64,000 nt of DNA, from contig OX597817.1 of NCBI GenBank assembly GCA_951406725.2, forward strand, positions 20,460,001 to 20,524,000. The letters run 5' to 3'. Origin of the DNA: Octopus vulgaris. Its lineage: Eukaryota. Every line of letters begins with the position of its first letter. Position 1 is the stretch's first letter. Positions 26,253-40,548 of this stretch are shown here, piece after piece. A model generated the notes under the pieces. That model saw only the letters and a program-made list of their open reading frames with translations, was not told the DNA's origin and searched no databases. The position numbers were made by a program, and so were the translations under genes.

Positions 26253-27238
26253 AAAACGCAACATAAAAATACATTAATATATTAATGTAAATGCAATGGA
26301 TAGTAAATGAGTGACTGATATACAATTCACTAAGTTCAATGTAAATCATTAGCATTTTTCAATTCAATAATTGATATATGAATGCAAGACGCATCCATTA
26401 TTAGGAAGTTTTAAGTGATTAAGGAATAGAAAATTTTTTTCATTTTCGGCCTATGTCTCCATTTAGTCAATTTTCATTGCAAAGCGTAATTGTTAAAGGC
26501 ACATACACACACACGAACGCAGACATATATATGAATATATACGTAACTTTAGTGTAATATTAAGTATACGAATCAAGTAAATCAAGAATCATGATAATTA
26601 CCAGCATCTGCTTTGGAGTGACAATATCTAAATTAATCGCTATAAAGGCGAAACATTTAGAAATTTACTTTATAAATAATCTAGTTGTAGGTTTTATATA
26701 CAACTCATATATTATTTTCTTAACGTGTGATATGCGTTAGCAGCGTTAATGGAATTCACTGATGTAAAAGAGTTTAAAGAATATAACACAAGTCGTTTAA
26801 AATAAGGTCTCGTTTCAAAAATAGGTGTTACCTGCTGACAACGCCAATTAAATGTGCCAAGAAAAACAATTTGAGTGCAAAATAGAATTTCCATTGTCGG
26901 AAGCTGTCATTTTGTGTTAAAGTAAATGTATTTTTTCTGAATAGAAAGTTTCGATGAATAACTTCGTTCCGAGCATTAGAATGCTTAAATAGTTCATTTA
27001 TTCCCCGGCAAGGGAATTAGAATGAAATAAAGGTGAATAGTGTGTATTGACACAAAATTACGTACATGCATCACCATTTTTTTTCTTGGCACTACTACAG
27101 AAATACTAAGTAGGTGGATGCCCCTCGAAGGCGTCGTTCATGCATTTAACATAAACTTAATCCTTTTTAATCTGACAGTGTGTATGCATATCTATGAATA
27201 TATATGTATATACATATGTGTATGTATATGTGTGTATA

Positions 27239-27400
27239 GGCGCAGGATTGATAGTATGATAAGTAGCTTGCTAATTCACCACATGGCTCCAAGTTCAGTC
27301 CCACTGCACGGCACTTTAGGTAATAATCTTCTACTATAGCCGCGAGGCGACCAGAGCCATGTGAGTGGATTTGGTAGACAGAAACTGAAAGAAGCTAGTG

Positions 27401-27473
<73 letters not shown>

Positions 27474-27704
27474 CATGTATGCGTGTGTGTGTGTGTGTGT
27501 TTGTGTTTGTCCAACCACCATCGCTTGACAGCCGATGTCGGTGTGCTTACGTCCTGGTAACTTAGAGGTTCGGCAAAACAGACCGATAGAATAAGTACTA
27601 GGCTTACAGAGAATGAGTACTGGGTGTCGACGTGTTCGACTTAAAGCGGTGCTTCAGCATAGCTGCAGTCAAATGACTGAAACTAATAAAAGAATAAAAG
27701 AATA
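27239..27704 (+). mobile_element. SINE family A, full length
   Basis: Head, expanded internal (TA)/(TG) tract and (aaagaata)n tail. Confidence 0.92.
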
Positions 27705-28858
27705 TATATATATATATATATACACACACATACATGCATATATATATATGTATGTATGTATGTATATGATAGTATATGTATCTACGTGAAATTAACCTAC
27801 AAATGGCTGATTATTCCACAGATACCTGTACCGTAGGATAGTTCTCAAGGATATTCATAGGTGAAAACTCTGGGCATTGAATGACAAGTACAACTCATGA
27901 TTGAAATCTGATTTCACAGGAGCAACGAGAAACAGCGTTTCAGATGGTGGATGTCAATATAGAGTAGCCTTAATGTTAATGCTTTCATAGCGCTTAATTA
28001 TTTAATATGAGTATTAATTTTATCCAGCTATTTACGTCAAACATCTACATAAATTTACGTGCAGTTTACGTAACCAGAGTAAACTTACAAAAACCTTGTA
28101 CAATTACATATGCACTGAGATGCGACTATACAACTCGCATACGTACTTCATATGAAGTTATTTGCGTTCATGAATGTCTCACTAACCTTTTCCCTAAAGA
28201 GAGGCTGCTTCTTTTGTTTCTTTTAAAATAAAGTCTGGTCCTTTCTGTGAATTCAATTACTTTACCTCGATGGATGTTGAAGAATATTTTGGGGCTGTTC
28301 AGACGATTTTAGACAGGATCTTCACGCACTGCGTCAAAGCGTTATTTTCTTGTACACCCACTAGTGTATTTTGATAAGACACACGCTTGCAGATGATATC
28401 TGTTCTGAAAATGAAATTGCTGTGACCTTGGCATAGGGGAAAATAATAATTTGCATACGTATATGTTACTTAAATTAAATATGAAATATTAAATACGAAA
28501 CTTCAGGGAGGAGTTTCCTTTTTCTTGAGATCAAGCTGCTAAGCGTATGATACTCTAAATGTAACATATATATTCATAGTTTGGGCATGTGTTCATGCAG
28601 GCCACATTCTGATATGGATTGTTCAAGGCCTTTCTTGAATAACAAGTCCAAAGAACACAAATGATGTTTTAGTAGCACCACAATGCGATAGAAACACGTT
28701 TGCTTAAGATAACAGTGCATCTCCTCAAGATATCTCATTCCTTTCATGGAAACCTGTCTATTTCTATGTAGCATTTCTATGTCTTATATACATATTTATA
28801 TATATATATTGATGTGTGTGTGTGTGCGTGTGTGTTTGCGTGTGTGTTTGTGTGTGTG

Positions 28859-28895
<37 letters not shown>

Positions 28896-29886
28896 CTATC
28901 TGTATTATCACCATTCACGAGTAATGCAATTTCGATTCCGAATAAGTTTATATCAAACTATATATTTGGGCTCCAATGATTCTACCACGGACAGTATTTG
29001 TTTTCCTTTGTGTCGTAAAAGTTTGCATCTCAGGAGAAGTATGAGTATGTATATTGACAACGAAAATATTATAATAAAATAGTTTGTTCTAATTTCAAAA
29101 TCTAAAGAAATTATAAAATTCCTTACATAGGTGGCGAATATTTCGGCATTTACATTTTCATGGATTTTATCCAGGGTGATAGCAATATATATATATTTGT
29201 AACATAGGAATGAAGTCAACTACCAATTGTTATATACAACTATCTACTTAATAAATATAATTGCCGTTCTATATGTTAGCATTGAATGCATATTTATATC
29301 GGTAAAAGAGAGGTCATGAAGTAGTAAACTGTCAAGAAGAATATATTCCTTCATATTCACAAGTAACAAAGAAATACATATAAGCACAAATACATGCAGA
29401 GACAGACAGGCACACATATATGTATATACATATTCTTAAAAATAAATTATCATATACATACACACCAAGAAATACCAGCAAGGGCAAATAGACAATTACA
29501 CGCACATGAAGCATATGAGATGATATTCCACCAAATTCTTTACATTTAATTATGCTTATTTAAATAACATTGCATCGTTGATTATGTTTGTTTAAAATCT
29601 CTTTCATCTTGTAATACTAATATTTCAGTATGTGTACATGCATATCATCCTGATCGTTATGTAGATACACATGAGTCCATCAATACGTGATACACATGAG
29701 TCCATCAATAAACGCGTACACACACATGTATTTGATCGAACATACACATGCAAAATGTATAAATACAGATACATGGGTTTGTGTATGTTTGCATGTGTGT
29801 ATGTCTCTGCATGTACACGCGACTATGTATATATTCATATGTATATATGCTTATATATTCATAAAAATATATATTTGCTCGTCTAA

Positions 29887-29924
<38 letters not shown>

Positions 29925-30569
29925 GTGTATGCATATATTTGTACATGTATGCATAATCACGCGTGCAAAACAAATTCTGGAGATGCATGAATTTGACAAG
30001 AAAAGGAAAATTTGTATCTAAGAAAAGTGAAAAGGATCTTGTGAAGTTGTGAGGTAGAAAATATCAACAGATAAAAATAAAGAATTTGCAAATGAAATAA
30101 GGACTACACTGAATTAGCAATTCACTAAGAGCGAAATACACGTGTCAATAATGGAAAAAATTCCTTATATTTCAGGAAAATATAGAAGCATGACAGAAAT
30201 GAATATCATATGAAAAGAGGTGAAGAAGCTTGGCACCAACACATGAATGGATTTTGCACAATTCGTGCTGAAATTTGAGAAGCTTCCAGGCGTCTTTAAT
30301 TTGAAAGAATGTCCTAAATTGTCTGTAAATTTATAAAGAAGCTCATGACCGAAGTTCCTGCAAACAATTCGTCTAAATTATGAATTGGTTTCCAAGTATC
30401 TATACATTAAATAAGGCGTAGTAATCAAAGATAGCGTAGAAATCAAAGAAAATACGCAGATAAAGAATAAAATGGCTAGAAAGTGTGTGAAGTAGGTATA
30501 TAAAAAGAGAAAGATTGAGACAAGGAAACAGAGTGGTAGCGATGTAGTAAGGAAGAAAGCAAGGAAGAA

Positions 30570-30584
30570 AGAATGAATGAATGA

Positions 30585-30616
<32 letters not shown>

Positions 30617-30620
30617 AATA

Positions 30621-30660
<40 letters not shown>

Positions 30661-30675
30661 AGGAAAGAAAGAAAA
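30570..30675. repeat. (AAAG)n microsatellite
   Basis: Read directly. Confidence 0.95.
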
Positions 30676-31939
30676 CATGTCATGTAGAAGGAAATAATGT
30701 TGTTGCTGACTGAATATAGTAAATAGAATGATAATAATGTTAATGGCGCTTAGGAACTTCGTATGAAGAAAACTTATTTTATTTCAACAATTAATGATCG
30801 TTTCTTTTTGATTTGTGTATTCCATGTCAATTTATTTTATTTTCAGTTCAATTCTTTGGCTGTTGGGCTAAAATAAAGAACACGATTGAAACACTGCTTC
30901 CGTGATGTATTTCGTTTTTTGCTAAAGTTACTCAATCCATATATTTTAAGTTGGTTACAGTAATAGTAAACATCTCCTTTAACCGCCCGAAAGATCAGCA
31001 TTGGACTTGTAGATAGTGGTGTTTCTCTTACATGATAGCCTTTGTATATTAGAATGTACATTATTAGATACTATTTTTAGATTTGGGCACAAGGCGGAGC
31101 ATGTTTGTGGGAGGAGGGAAGAAGTAAGTTGAATATATCGCCACCAATGCTCAATAAAAAATTATGATATCAACCCAAAATTGATAAAAGGCAATGTTGA
31201 CCTAAGTAAAGCGGGTTTAATGCGGCTAATTAATCTTCGCCGGTTCGGTAACCATCTTGCCATCTCAGCGCCTTTGTAGTGACTAGATGTTAAACGTACA
31301 GTCGATTTCACCCTTTATTGAAATATAATCTAAATTAAATGTATCATACTACAAGAAGCACATAGTATACAAGATAATTAGGTGAGTAAGCAGCCTCATA
31401 TAAATATGTGACTCAAAGATCAAATTTGTACATATGCAAATACATACACTCAAAGACATATAGAAATATAGATTTATACAAGAACACCTACATTCGTGCT
31501 CTGTGACGTTTTATATAACATTTATGTTGGTTTGTCGCTTCTCATAGTAATTGACATCTTTTTAAAACTAGGGCTCATCTTCCAGGAGATACAAAAGAGG
31601 AGAATATTTTGTTACAAAAATACATGAATAAAGGTTTCGATTGCTGTTTCACCTTTCGTGCTATACAGGCTCATGCCGAATAGAGAATTCTAAGAACAAT
31701 TGTTACAACATTCAACTTCTACCCATAGTAGCCTATACTAACATAATATATTTCGATAGAAGGATTCTATATATTGTGTAGTTTGGATGAAGTGTGTTGT
31801 GTGCATGTAACAGCCCAGCCGAAGTAGCTACCCTTATTCCCCCTACCTATTTTTGTTTCATTCTGTTATATTGAAATTTGATCTAATAAAATACATTTGC
31901 ATTTGCACTGGAGAAAAACTAATATATTGTTTTTTTTAC

Positions 31940-32156
31940 TATTGGTCCAAGGACAGCGATTTCAAAGAAGAGGATATGTCGATTATTTCGACCCTGGTGA
32001 TCAACTGATACTCATTTTATCGACCCCGCGAGGATAAAAAGAAAAGTCAACCGCGGTGGAATTTGTACTTATAGGTTAAAGGTAGAGTGAAATGCCACTG
32101 ATGGTTTCTTTCCCACTCACCCTCGTGTGGTAACGGTTCTACCAACACGCGGCCCT
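31940..32156 (-). mobile_element. SINE family B, diverged (another at ~31085-31272)
   Basis: tttatcgaccccgcgaggataaaaagaaaagtcaaccgcggtggaatttg matches the family B body. Confidence 0.7.
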
Positions 32157-33011
32157 TAAGCAATCCTTACAAATTAAAATATGTGTATATGCGTTTGTGT
32201 GAGTCTGTGTGTGCGCTGTGTGTGTGCGTCTGTATGCGTATATGTGTGTGTGTGTGTGTTTGTGTGATACAAACCGTAAAAAATATATAATCAAAATGTA
32301 GATTTGCTTGAATTCTTTAAGAAATTACAAGGACTTAAACAATTTCATAACTTCATGGTTATGAAAAGCACTTTGAAACGAATATTCCTTTAGCCGCATT
32401 TTCATGATTCTAGATTTTCACTATGGGTTTAGCCAAAAAAGTTGGAGTTCAACAAAGAATTCATAACCCTTGAGTGTATTATTTCTCGTGATAACAATAT
32501 CAAATAATGCTCAATGTTACGCTTGGTTTGCTATTTTTGTGCTTGTAGTTAGACATATTTTGAATATTCCTATATTTACAGATTGACAATAGTAATTGGT
32601 TTGTTCCCTTGCAATGTCATGAAAAACATATAAAGAACTTCAGTTATCAGGTTTTCTCTTTCTTTCCCACAATTCTTTCAATTAGGTGTTTAGATAGCGA
32701 CAGGTTTGAACTGTCACTTGATGAGGCCACTAAATTCTTTGAAATATTCAGTTACTGTGCTTAATTTATTTTTAAACTCTAATACAAAGTACTAATATAT
32801 TCAAATACCAGGTAGAGACTTATCAATTGCCATTTCTATATGCTGTTGTTGCTCATTCTGCTGCGATGCACGCACGTGCGCGCACACAAGTATAATTATT
32901 AATCAGTTGTTCAATTAAAGGATTCGTTAGAATTTTGGTATTTTACAAGAGGCCGAGGAGTCGATTCTCACGTGTACGTCGAAGTATCATACACAGCTAT
33001 TTATATACGTG

Positions 33012-33059
<48 letters not shown>

Positions 33060-33625
33060 CCCGATCCAATGCAAGTTATAGCTACTACATAAGAATGACT
33101 CCAGGCACGGTGGTTGCATAAAAGAAGAACATGAGAGTAGTTTAGAGATTCAGAAGAGCTATTTCAGCAAAACATATTTTATGGATAGTTCAGTGACTCC
33201 GATTACATCATGAAAATATTCTGCTCTCTTCAAATGATTTGAAACAGGTAAGACAAAAAAATATTAATAAAATCAAATTGATTCACTTCTTCATGCACTG
33301 GAAGAGCATGTTATTATATTTGAAGAAACTTCAAAATATAATAGCCTCTTAGTAATACCCACAAGGCAGAGATAAGAGACAATAAATTTCATAGATCGCT
33401 ATCCTAAGTATTTATGCTTTAAATGGGGTTAAAAGATGTAATAAAAAAAAACGGAAAAAAAAAAACGAAAGAAGCGTGAAAGGGAACAGGGAAGGATAAT
33501 TTTGGTTTTTATATTTTTCTTTCTGTGTTGTTGAAAGGTAATCTTGCATATTTATTTGCTTATATCTGTTGAATTTGCAAAGACAATTCCTAACCCGTTT
33601 CCATTATAATACTTGTTTCTTTTAA

Positions 33626-33960
33626 GGCGGCGAGCTGACAGAAACGTTAGCACACCGGTCGACATGCTTAGTGGTATTTCGTTTGTCTTTACAGGCGGCA
33701 AGCTGGCAAAGGCGGCAAGCTGGCAAAGGCGGCAAGCTGGCAAAGGCGGCAAGCTGGCAGAATCGTTAGCACGTCGGGCGAAATGCTTAGCGGTATTTCG
33801 GCTGCCGTTACGTTGTGAGTTCAAATTCCGCCGAGGTCGACTTTGCTTTTCATCCTTTCGAGATCGATAAATTAAGTACCAGTTACGTACTGGGGTTGAT
33901 CTAATCGACTGGCTGCCTCCTCCAAATTTTCAGGCTTTGTGCCTAGAGTAGAGAAGAATA
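33626..33960 (+). mobile_element. SINE family B with duplicated head and 4 x 17-bp repeats of its 5' terminus
   Basis: Head at 33626. ggcggcaagctggca(a/g)a at 33694, 33711, 33728 and 33745. B-box-like gagttcaaattcc at ~33818. Confidence 0.92.
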
Positions 33961-34364
33961 TTTGTATCTTTCTCTTCACCAGTCCTCGTATCTTTTATTG
34001 CTTCTTCAGTCATCATTGAATACATAAATGACTATAATAACTGTCTATATAAAATGTATTGTCCCCCGATCTGTGTCTTTTATGTATTGCTAACATCCCA
34101 TTAAATTTTAATGGTTCTTGAAATATACTCACACGGTCTGCCACTGCATTGCGAAATGAGTCGATTTCAATTATCTTCACTTACCTAAGTTTAAGATCAC
34201 CTGACGAGATCGGATAATTTAATGATGTGATCGGTGTAATCAAACTAATCATAAATAAAAAAATAAACAGATATTGAGATGTTCTGAATAGATGTTCAAA
34301 TATTCTGCAGCAATAGATATTCTGAATCATTAAACACCGTTTGTATTCTTTCTCAAAGATACAT

Positions 34365-34959
34365 AGATGTTTTCGATCTACTTTGGATTCTTTGCCATCA
34401 AATTTGAATTCTTTGCAATCAAATTTGAATTCTTTACAAACAAATTTGAATTCGTTTTAGTCAACTTTGAATTTTTCAATTGGTGCTCAAGCCAAAAAAA
34501 AACTACATCAGCCGTAAGGGGATACATGTCTATCTTATCCAACTCGTCCAGTAGAGCCCAACAATTGATATCTGAAAAGTTCGATGAAATAACTCATGAA
34601 CACTGCGAGAGCTTCTACCAAAATATACTTCAACATATTTACGTAGTCGACCGGTCTGAACAAAGGGAGGTAATAGAAAAAGAATCATTCGTGTATTATC
34701 GCCCCTTGTTTAGACCGTCGACGTAACGGAGCATCTTTTGGTAGAAGGTATCGCAGTATTCATGAGTTATTTCATCGAACTTTTCAGATATCAATAGGTG
34801 AGCTCTACTGAACGAGTTAGATAAGATAGACATGTATTTCCTTCCAGCTGATGTAGTTTAACTCTTTTTTTTCAAGGCTTGAGCACAAATTGAAAAATTC
34901 AAATTTGATTGCAAAGAATGCAAATTTGATGGCAAAGAATCCAAATTAGATCGAAAACA

Positions 34960-34962
<3 letters not shown>
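34365..34962. mobile_element. ~600-bp fold-back element / MITE
   Basis: Near end-to-end imperfect palindrome from agatgttttcgatcta to tagatcgaaaacatct, centred ~34685. The arms carry tandem ~21-bp caaatttgaattctttg sub-repeats. Confidence 0.88.
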
Positions 34963-35016
<54 letters not shown>

Positions 35017-35099
35017 GTTGAGCCAAGAGTCACGCACCGATAATTTGATATTCTCTATATATATATATGAAATATCATTATTATAATGATTACTATTTT

Positions 35100-35612
35100 A
35101 TTACGACTCATTGTTAGGTATGATGAAAAGTGTCAACTGTCCGTGGCCAGCCAACTAAGGTGACGCTTATTTTACTGGTCGTGTTTCAAGAACCCTGTGA
35201 AGAATTCTTGCAGTTCCAAGCAATGCTGATTTTTGTAGGTGTTCTACCTTCACAATTGCACCAAACTTTTTCAGCCATTTTGGTAGTTGAGTGCTGATAC
35301 TTCCAAGTGAACCAATTACTATTTGTATCACGTCTACTCGATTCCTTGCGCACAAACTTCGTATTTCCCACTTCAAATTGTCATGGTTGTTTACTTTTTC
35401 TTTTTTTTTCACATCCATCTTGTTGTCATCGGGGCACACTATATTAATTATCATACATCTTCTTTGAATTTTATTCACCAGAACAACGTCGGTTTTCCGA
35501 TGTCTGGTCTGGTGATCGTAGTGGATCATTGCATCCCACAGGATGTTGCACTTTTCATATTCGGTGACTCCTTCTGGGTTTTGCTAATGCCACGTCTTTG
35601 CTCTTTGTAGAC
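35100..35612 (-). mobile_element. Dong/R4-type LINE 3' remnant (restriction-like endonuclease domain)
   Basis: ORF 35167-35529 reads HRKTDVVLVNK...LKWEIRSL...IVIGSLG...LQKSALLGTARILHRVL. Adjacent to (TTA)n. Confidence 0.8.
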
Positions 35613-35734
35613 CGTGTTGTTGTTGTTATTATTATTACGATAATTATTATTATTATTATTTTCATTACTAATTATTATATGCACGTATATTGACGTACGT
35701 ATATATGTATGTATGTATATATATATATATGTAT

Positions 35735-35922
35735 AGAAGGAAAATTCACAAAAAAAGACGAAGACAGGTGGTGTAGATAGCAAACAGATGTATTAGTATA
35801 ACGCAAGGGAAGTGAAAAAGTCTTTAACGTTTCGAACCTACGCTCTTCCACAGAAAAGAATATAGAAAGAAACAAGGAGAGAAAATAGAGAATGTGTAGT
35901 GGCTAGCGATCTATCATGGCAA
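35735..35922 (-). mobile_element. PLE pseudo-LTR fragment with variant hammerhead at 35821-35858
   Basis: Reverse complement reads ttt-CTGTGGA-a-gagc gtag gttc-GAAAC-GTT-aaag. Flanked by (TA)n. Confidence 0.65.
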
Positions 35923-35941
35923 ATATATATTTGTATATACG

Positions 35942-35974
<33 letters not shown>

Positions 35975-35976
<2 letters not shown>

Positions 35977-37705
35977 TGCTAGCAATAAGAACTAAACTAC
36001 TCTAATGCTGAAGTCAAAGAACATAATTCTATTCATATATACAGGCAGGGACTATAATCGGCCGAAAACACCGGTGAAGAAATCCCTGTAATCAATTATA
36101 AGTAAATAGGTATACGTCTATACTTTCCGTATTTTATTGAATGGAAACTTAGTAAGAAATTGAGTGTTGGTGATTTGCTCGTTGTACAAACGGCTAAGCG
36201 TTTGCTTGCAGGAAACTAATATTACGATTCCGCGATCATTGCGTGTTAATAGTACATCTAGTCCTCAATTCAAATTTTATTTGTCCTCTGTAGTCTTCAT
36301 TAGAACCAGTATATATCACAGCTTAGATGAAATACTTTGAAGAAAAGTGGAATGAAGATATATCCTGATGCAAATTGATAGACTGGTTCGTGTATGTGGG
36401 GTGCAGAGTGCGTGGTTAATATGACATCAGTTTTGTCCATTAGATGTTTCTTTATAAGCATAATTTGGCACTTATAAATATATATGTATATGTCAGGGAT
36501 ATTGATTATCTGGTGCTTGGATATTCTTGACTGAACGTTGAAATGTTGTTGAAGATAATTTCGGATGGCTTGTGTTTCTTTCTTTCTGTGTTCTAAGTAG
36601 AGAAATTAGTGCTTTTCATTTGTAATTGTAATTATTGAATGTGTATAAGTTCCTATTTCTAATGTATTACCATTTTTGGGTAGAGACTTTTATGTAGTTT
36701 CTGTTAAATTGTAGGTGTCATAGACACCAACTTTGAAGATTCAAATTAATTGTACATATTCATGGGAAAAGATTAAGCGGAATAGTTGTTTGTTTTGATG
36801 ACTAATGTGTGCCAAGAGATGTGTAAAATTTGTATAGTTGATGTGAACATGTCGAGCTGTTGTAAATGTCGCTTCTGATGGCTGTTATCTTTTCTTCTTG
36901 TTATGACAACTAAAATATTCAGTAATGCTGTTTCAGTGTAATTGTACTCCGTTGTCTATATAGTGTTCTGCATTATTAATTAGTTTTGGAAATCATTAAA
37001 AAGTTCACCTACGTGGATCGATAAAATGAAGCAGTCTTCTAACTAATGTTTATGGCTTTATATCTGCTCAAAGTTAAACTCGCTTCAGTATTTCCCATTG
37101 ATAACATCTGAAGAGCTAGAAACGTTGCCTCTGAGAATCCGATTGGGAGCAGCCCTTGAAGATACGATGATTTTACACCTTTATAATAGAAGGTGGAGAG
37201 AATTTATTGAAGAAGTTTAGCTTCATTGCTTTCCGGTATTGCAAATCATCCCGTGAATATTTGTAAAAGGGCAAGGTTTTGAATTTTCCGTCGCTGCATA
37301 TTTCCAGATGCTTGCTTAACGGATTCTTGCGTAATTTCTCTTGTGGGATATGTTGCCTGTGGATTCTTGCACGTTAGCAGAGGGAACTATTTGACTCACC
37401 AATATACTTTTCTTTACAATTGGGGCAGTTGATGTAGAATATGAGGTTCTGCGTTTGCAGTTCATATCTGCATTTGCTTTGAACGAGAATGCGTGCTTGA
37501 AATTTATGTGAGAACCACTTTCTTATCATTTAAAGATGTTGTTGTTCTTGCATTTTCCACATCTACCTCCACATTATATTCCTAAGAATTCTTATTCATT
37601 CTTTGATGTGAATTCCGCTCTTGTGAGGTGGGCCTTGAGAATTTTTGATTGTTCTTGAGATCTTTTGAAGTTTGGTAATGCGGGAGAAACGGAGCTTTAC
37701 GAGAA
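35975..37705 (-). mobile_element. Decayed Penelope-like element(s): RT and GIY-YIG remnants
   Basis: 37448-37392 reads NLIFYINCPNCKEKYIGES. ~37036 reads DCFIL (after the RT catalytic motif). A second, more decayed endonuclease piece lies at ~36170-36330. Confidence 0.75.
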
Positions 37706-37832
37706 GAATACGCACATAGATATAATATATATGTGTACTCTATGTGTATAAACGAATGATTATGTGCGTGTTTTTCTGGAAGAACGTATACGTTCGCATG
37801 ATTGTGTTTTTGTCTGGTGTATGCGTGTTTGT

Positions 37833-37879
<47 letters not shown>

Positions 37880-39069
37880 CAAACATACATTCGATACTTA
37901 TGTGTGCTTGTTGATCAGATGTATACTAGTATCTCTTATATTCGTGCATGTACACACACATGCACACAAACAAAACACACGCATGCACATAAATATTCTC
38001 CTCCCGACAAACATACTCGCACTTATAAATTTATACAGAAATGTTATAATGTACAGTCTTACGCACGCAGATCATTACACGTGCTCTAAACGCGTTCGTG
38101 GGTGCACACGTATTCACTAGTGAACTACTTATCATTTAAATGGGCAAACATTTATAAAACCAATAACGCACGCACATCCACTCACTCATACTCTCTTGTG
38201 TACACACACTCACTGCTCTTGATTCTCTCTGCTTACAAGACCCTGCAAACGTCCATCAGATACCAGCACCCCACCCACTTCCTGTCCCGCCGCGTAACGC
38301 AGGACATTCTCCTTTCTAATTCATCTAGCGTCACCGAGATGCCAATTTAACTTCTACCAATATTATGTGAGCCGCTTTGACCAATAGCAGCAAATTTTCC
38401 AGAAACCAACTTGAACTCCCTGTAGCCATCCTGGCTTTCCTAAATTTTGTCTTTCGGTAATGTGAACCTGAATGATACCCGACGTTTCGGTTCTAGCAGT
38501 AAACTTCATTCCCCACATTGAACAAGATATGCTTGGCCTGTGAGTGCTGTTATTGAATTAAAGAAATAAATATCGTTCACCTTTCTATAGGACTGATGTT
38601 TTGTTAATTCAGAATCTTCTTCTTACTAGTGCCCACTCATATCAAATTCCTGTTTAAATTTAGATTCATAATACATCAAATGACACATTAACAATGCTTT
38701 TACTAAATTTATACGGAAGTGGTTCGGCCGTTACATTTCACCTCCTATAATAGTCGTATACTTTTCAGTATGGGTTTCTGCAGTAGGTTTCTAATATTGC
38801 TAAGTTTCTGTGTTTCGTGGATTTTGCTTGTCTCTTATAAGGTTGATTCAGGTCACGAAGTGTAAAGGGGGCTCATATAATTATAGCAAAGAAATCAATT
38901 TATTGGGTGCTCAAGAAGAGCTTACTTAAGCTATTAAATGTATTAGCAGTAACAAAGACTGCATAAAAGAAACGAAATTTGCCTTGCAAACCTTACTCAC
39001 TATTCATAAACAAAAGTGAAACAGGCATATAATAGTCACAACCCAGTAAGCAAGCACTTATGTGTGTGT

Positions 39070-39800
39070 ACATTCTACAAAACTCCCACATTCATTGTCC
39101 GATTCAACTGTTCGGACAATACGCAGATAAAATACAGACAAATAAAGTTTATGAACCACTCCCGAATAAGGTATGATAACATGCCGAACAGATTTCTAAC
39201 GTGATTTTATCTGGTGCATGAAACAAGGATATATTATTTTCCATTTGTGGAGGCGCAATGGCGCAGTGGTTAGGGCAGCGGACTCGCGGTTTCGATTCCC
39301 ACACCGGGAGTTGTGAGTGTTTATTGAGCGAAAACACCTAAAGCTCCACGAGGCTCCGGCAGGGGATGGTGGTGATCCCTGCTGTACTTTTTCACCACAA
39401 CTTTCTCTCACTCTTACTTCCTGTTTCTTTTGTACCTGTATTTCAAGCGGCCGGCCTTGTCACTCTCTGTGTCACGCTGAATATCCCCGAGAGCTACGTT
39501 AAGGGTACACGTGTCTGTGGAGTGCTCAGCCACTTGCACGTTAATTTCACGAGCAGGCTGTTCCGTTGATTCGGATCAACCGGAACCCTCATTGTCGTAA
39601 CCGACGGAGTGCTTCCATCCATCACATTCTACAAAACTCTCACATTCATAGTCCGATTCAACTGTTCGGACAATACGCAGATAAATTACAAACAAATAAA
39701 TTTATGAACCACTCCCGAATAAGGTATGATAACATCCCGAACAGATTTCTAACGTGATTTTATCTGGTACATGAAACAAGGATATATTATTTTTCATTTG
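39070..39800 (+). repeat. ~178-bp direct repeats (39070-39247 and 39624-39800) flanking a SINE
   Basis: Direct comparison by eye shows about 7 substitutions and one 1-bp indel. Confidence 0.95.
39247..39623 (+). mobile_element. tRNA-derived SINE, family C, near full length
   Basis: A-box tggcgcagtgg, B-box-like ggtttcgattcc and a short (ccat) tail. Same head as 60366 (-). Confidence 0.9.
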
Positions 39801-40342
39801 CAAAATGGTAGACAATAAGAACCGCTTCGTTGAAAATGAGTAATGAGGTCATTAAACTGTAGCTTTCAGGTTATTTGACAGATTAACGTAAGCAATATTT
39901 AATCACAATTGATATAATACTGTGGACCTCACAAGAGAATTAATTAATCATGATTGCACATCCTTAATAGAAAGCTATTCAAGAAATGTTGGAACAGAAA
40001 AATAATATTAATCCAATTAGTCATGACATGAAACGTATTTCAATAATCAACTTCAACTCGACAGATAACATTTTCAAATACAAATAAATAAATAAATAAA
40101 CGTGACACAGAAACCTTTTCTGTGTTAAGTATCTGTTAACGTTATAGAGTCGAGATGCATGTGACTTAGATTTATTTGAATTAAAAATCTTTGTAAATAA
40201 AGGAATTTTGAAAACGATTATGTAACTGCAAATAAATATTTGTAAAGATTCCATTTCTTTTCTTTATAATTTAACGCGCTGTTGCATACACAACACAAAC
40301 TTACGAACACGCAGACACAGATTGCATGTAGGTATGCGTGCG

Positions 40343-40454
<112 letters not shown>

Positions 40455-40548
40455 AAAGAGTAAAAATAATTAATTAACTAGTAATTAATAATTCCACCAA
40501 AGTAGTATTCGACATGTTAAAAGGGCCATTTTTCGGTAAACTTAACTA

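Noticed and set aside
32709-32755. ttgatgaggcc...gaaa hammerhead-like motif
   Set aside because: Stem II does not pair and the core is degenerate.
33694-33761. Short direct repeats as a CRISPR-like array
   Set aside because: No spacers. They are tandem copies of a SINE 5' end in eukaryotic DNA.
34367-34726. 119-aa ORF
   Set aside because: Runs through the sub-repeats of a fold-back element (repeated KFEFF). No coding signal.
39250-39310. tRNA gene
   Set aside because: tRNA-derived SINE head with a deletion in the anticodon/variable region, continuing into SINE body.
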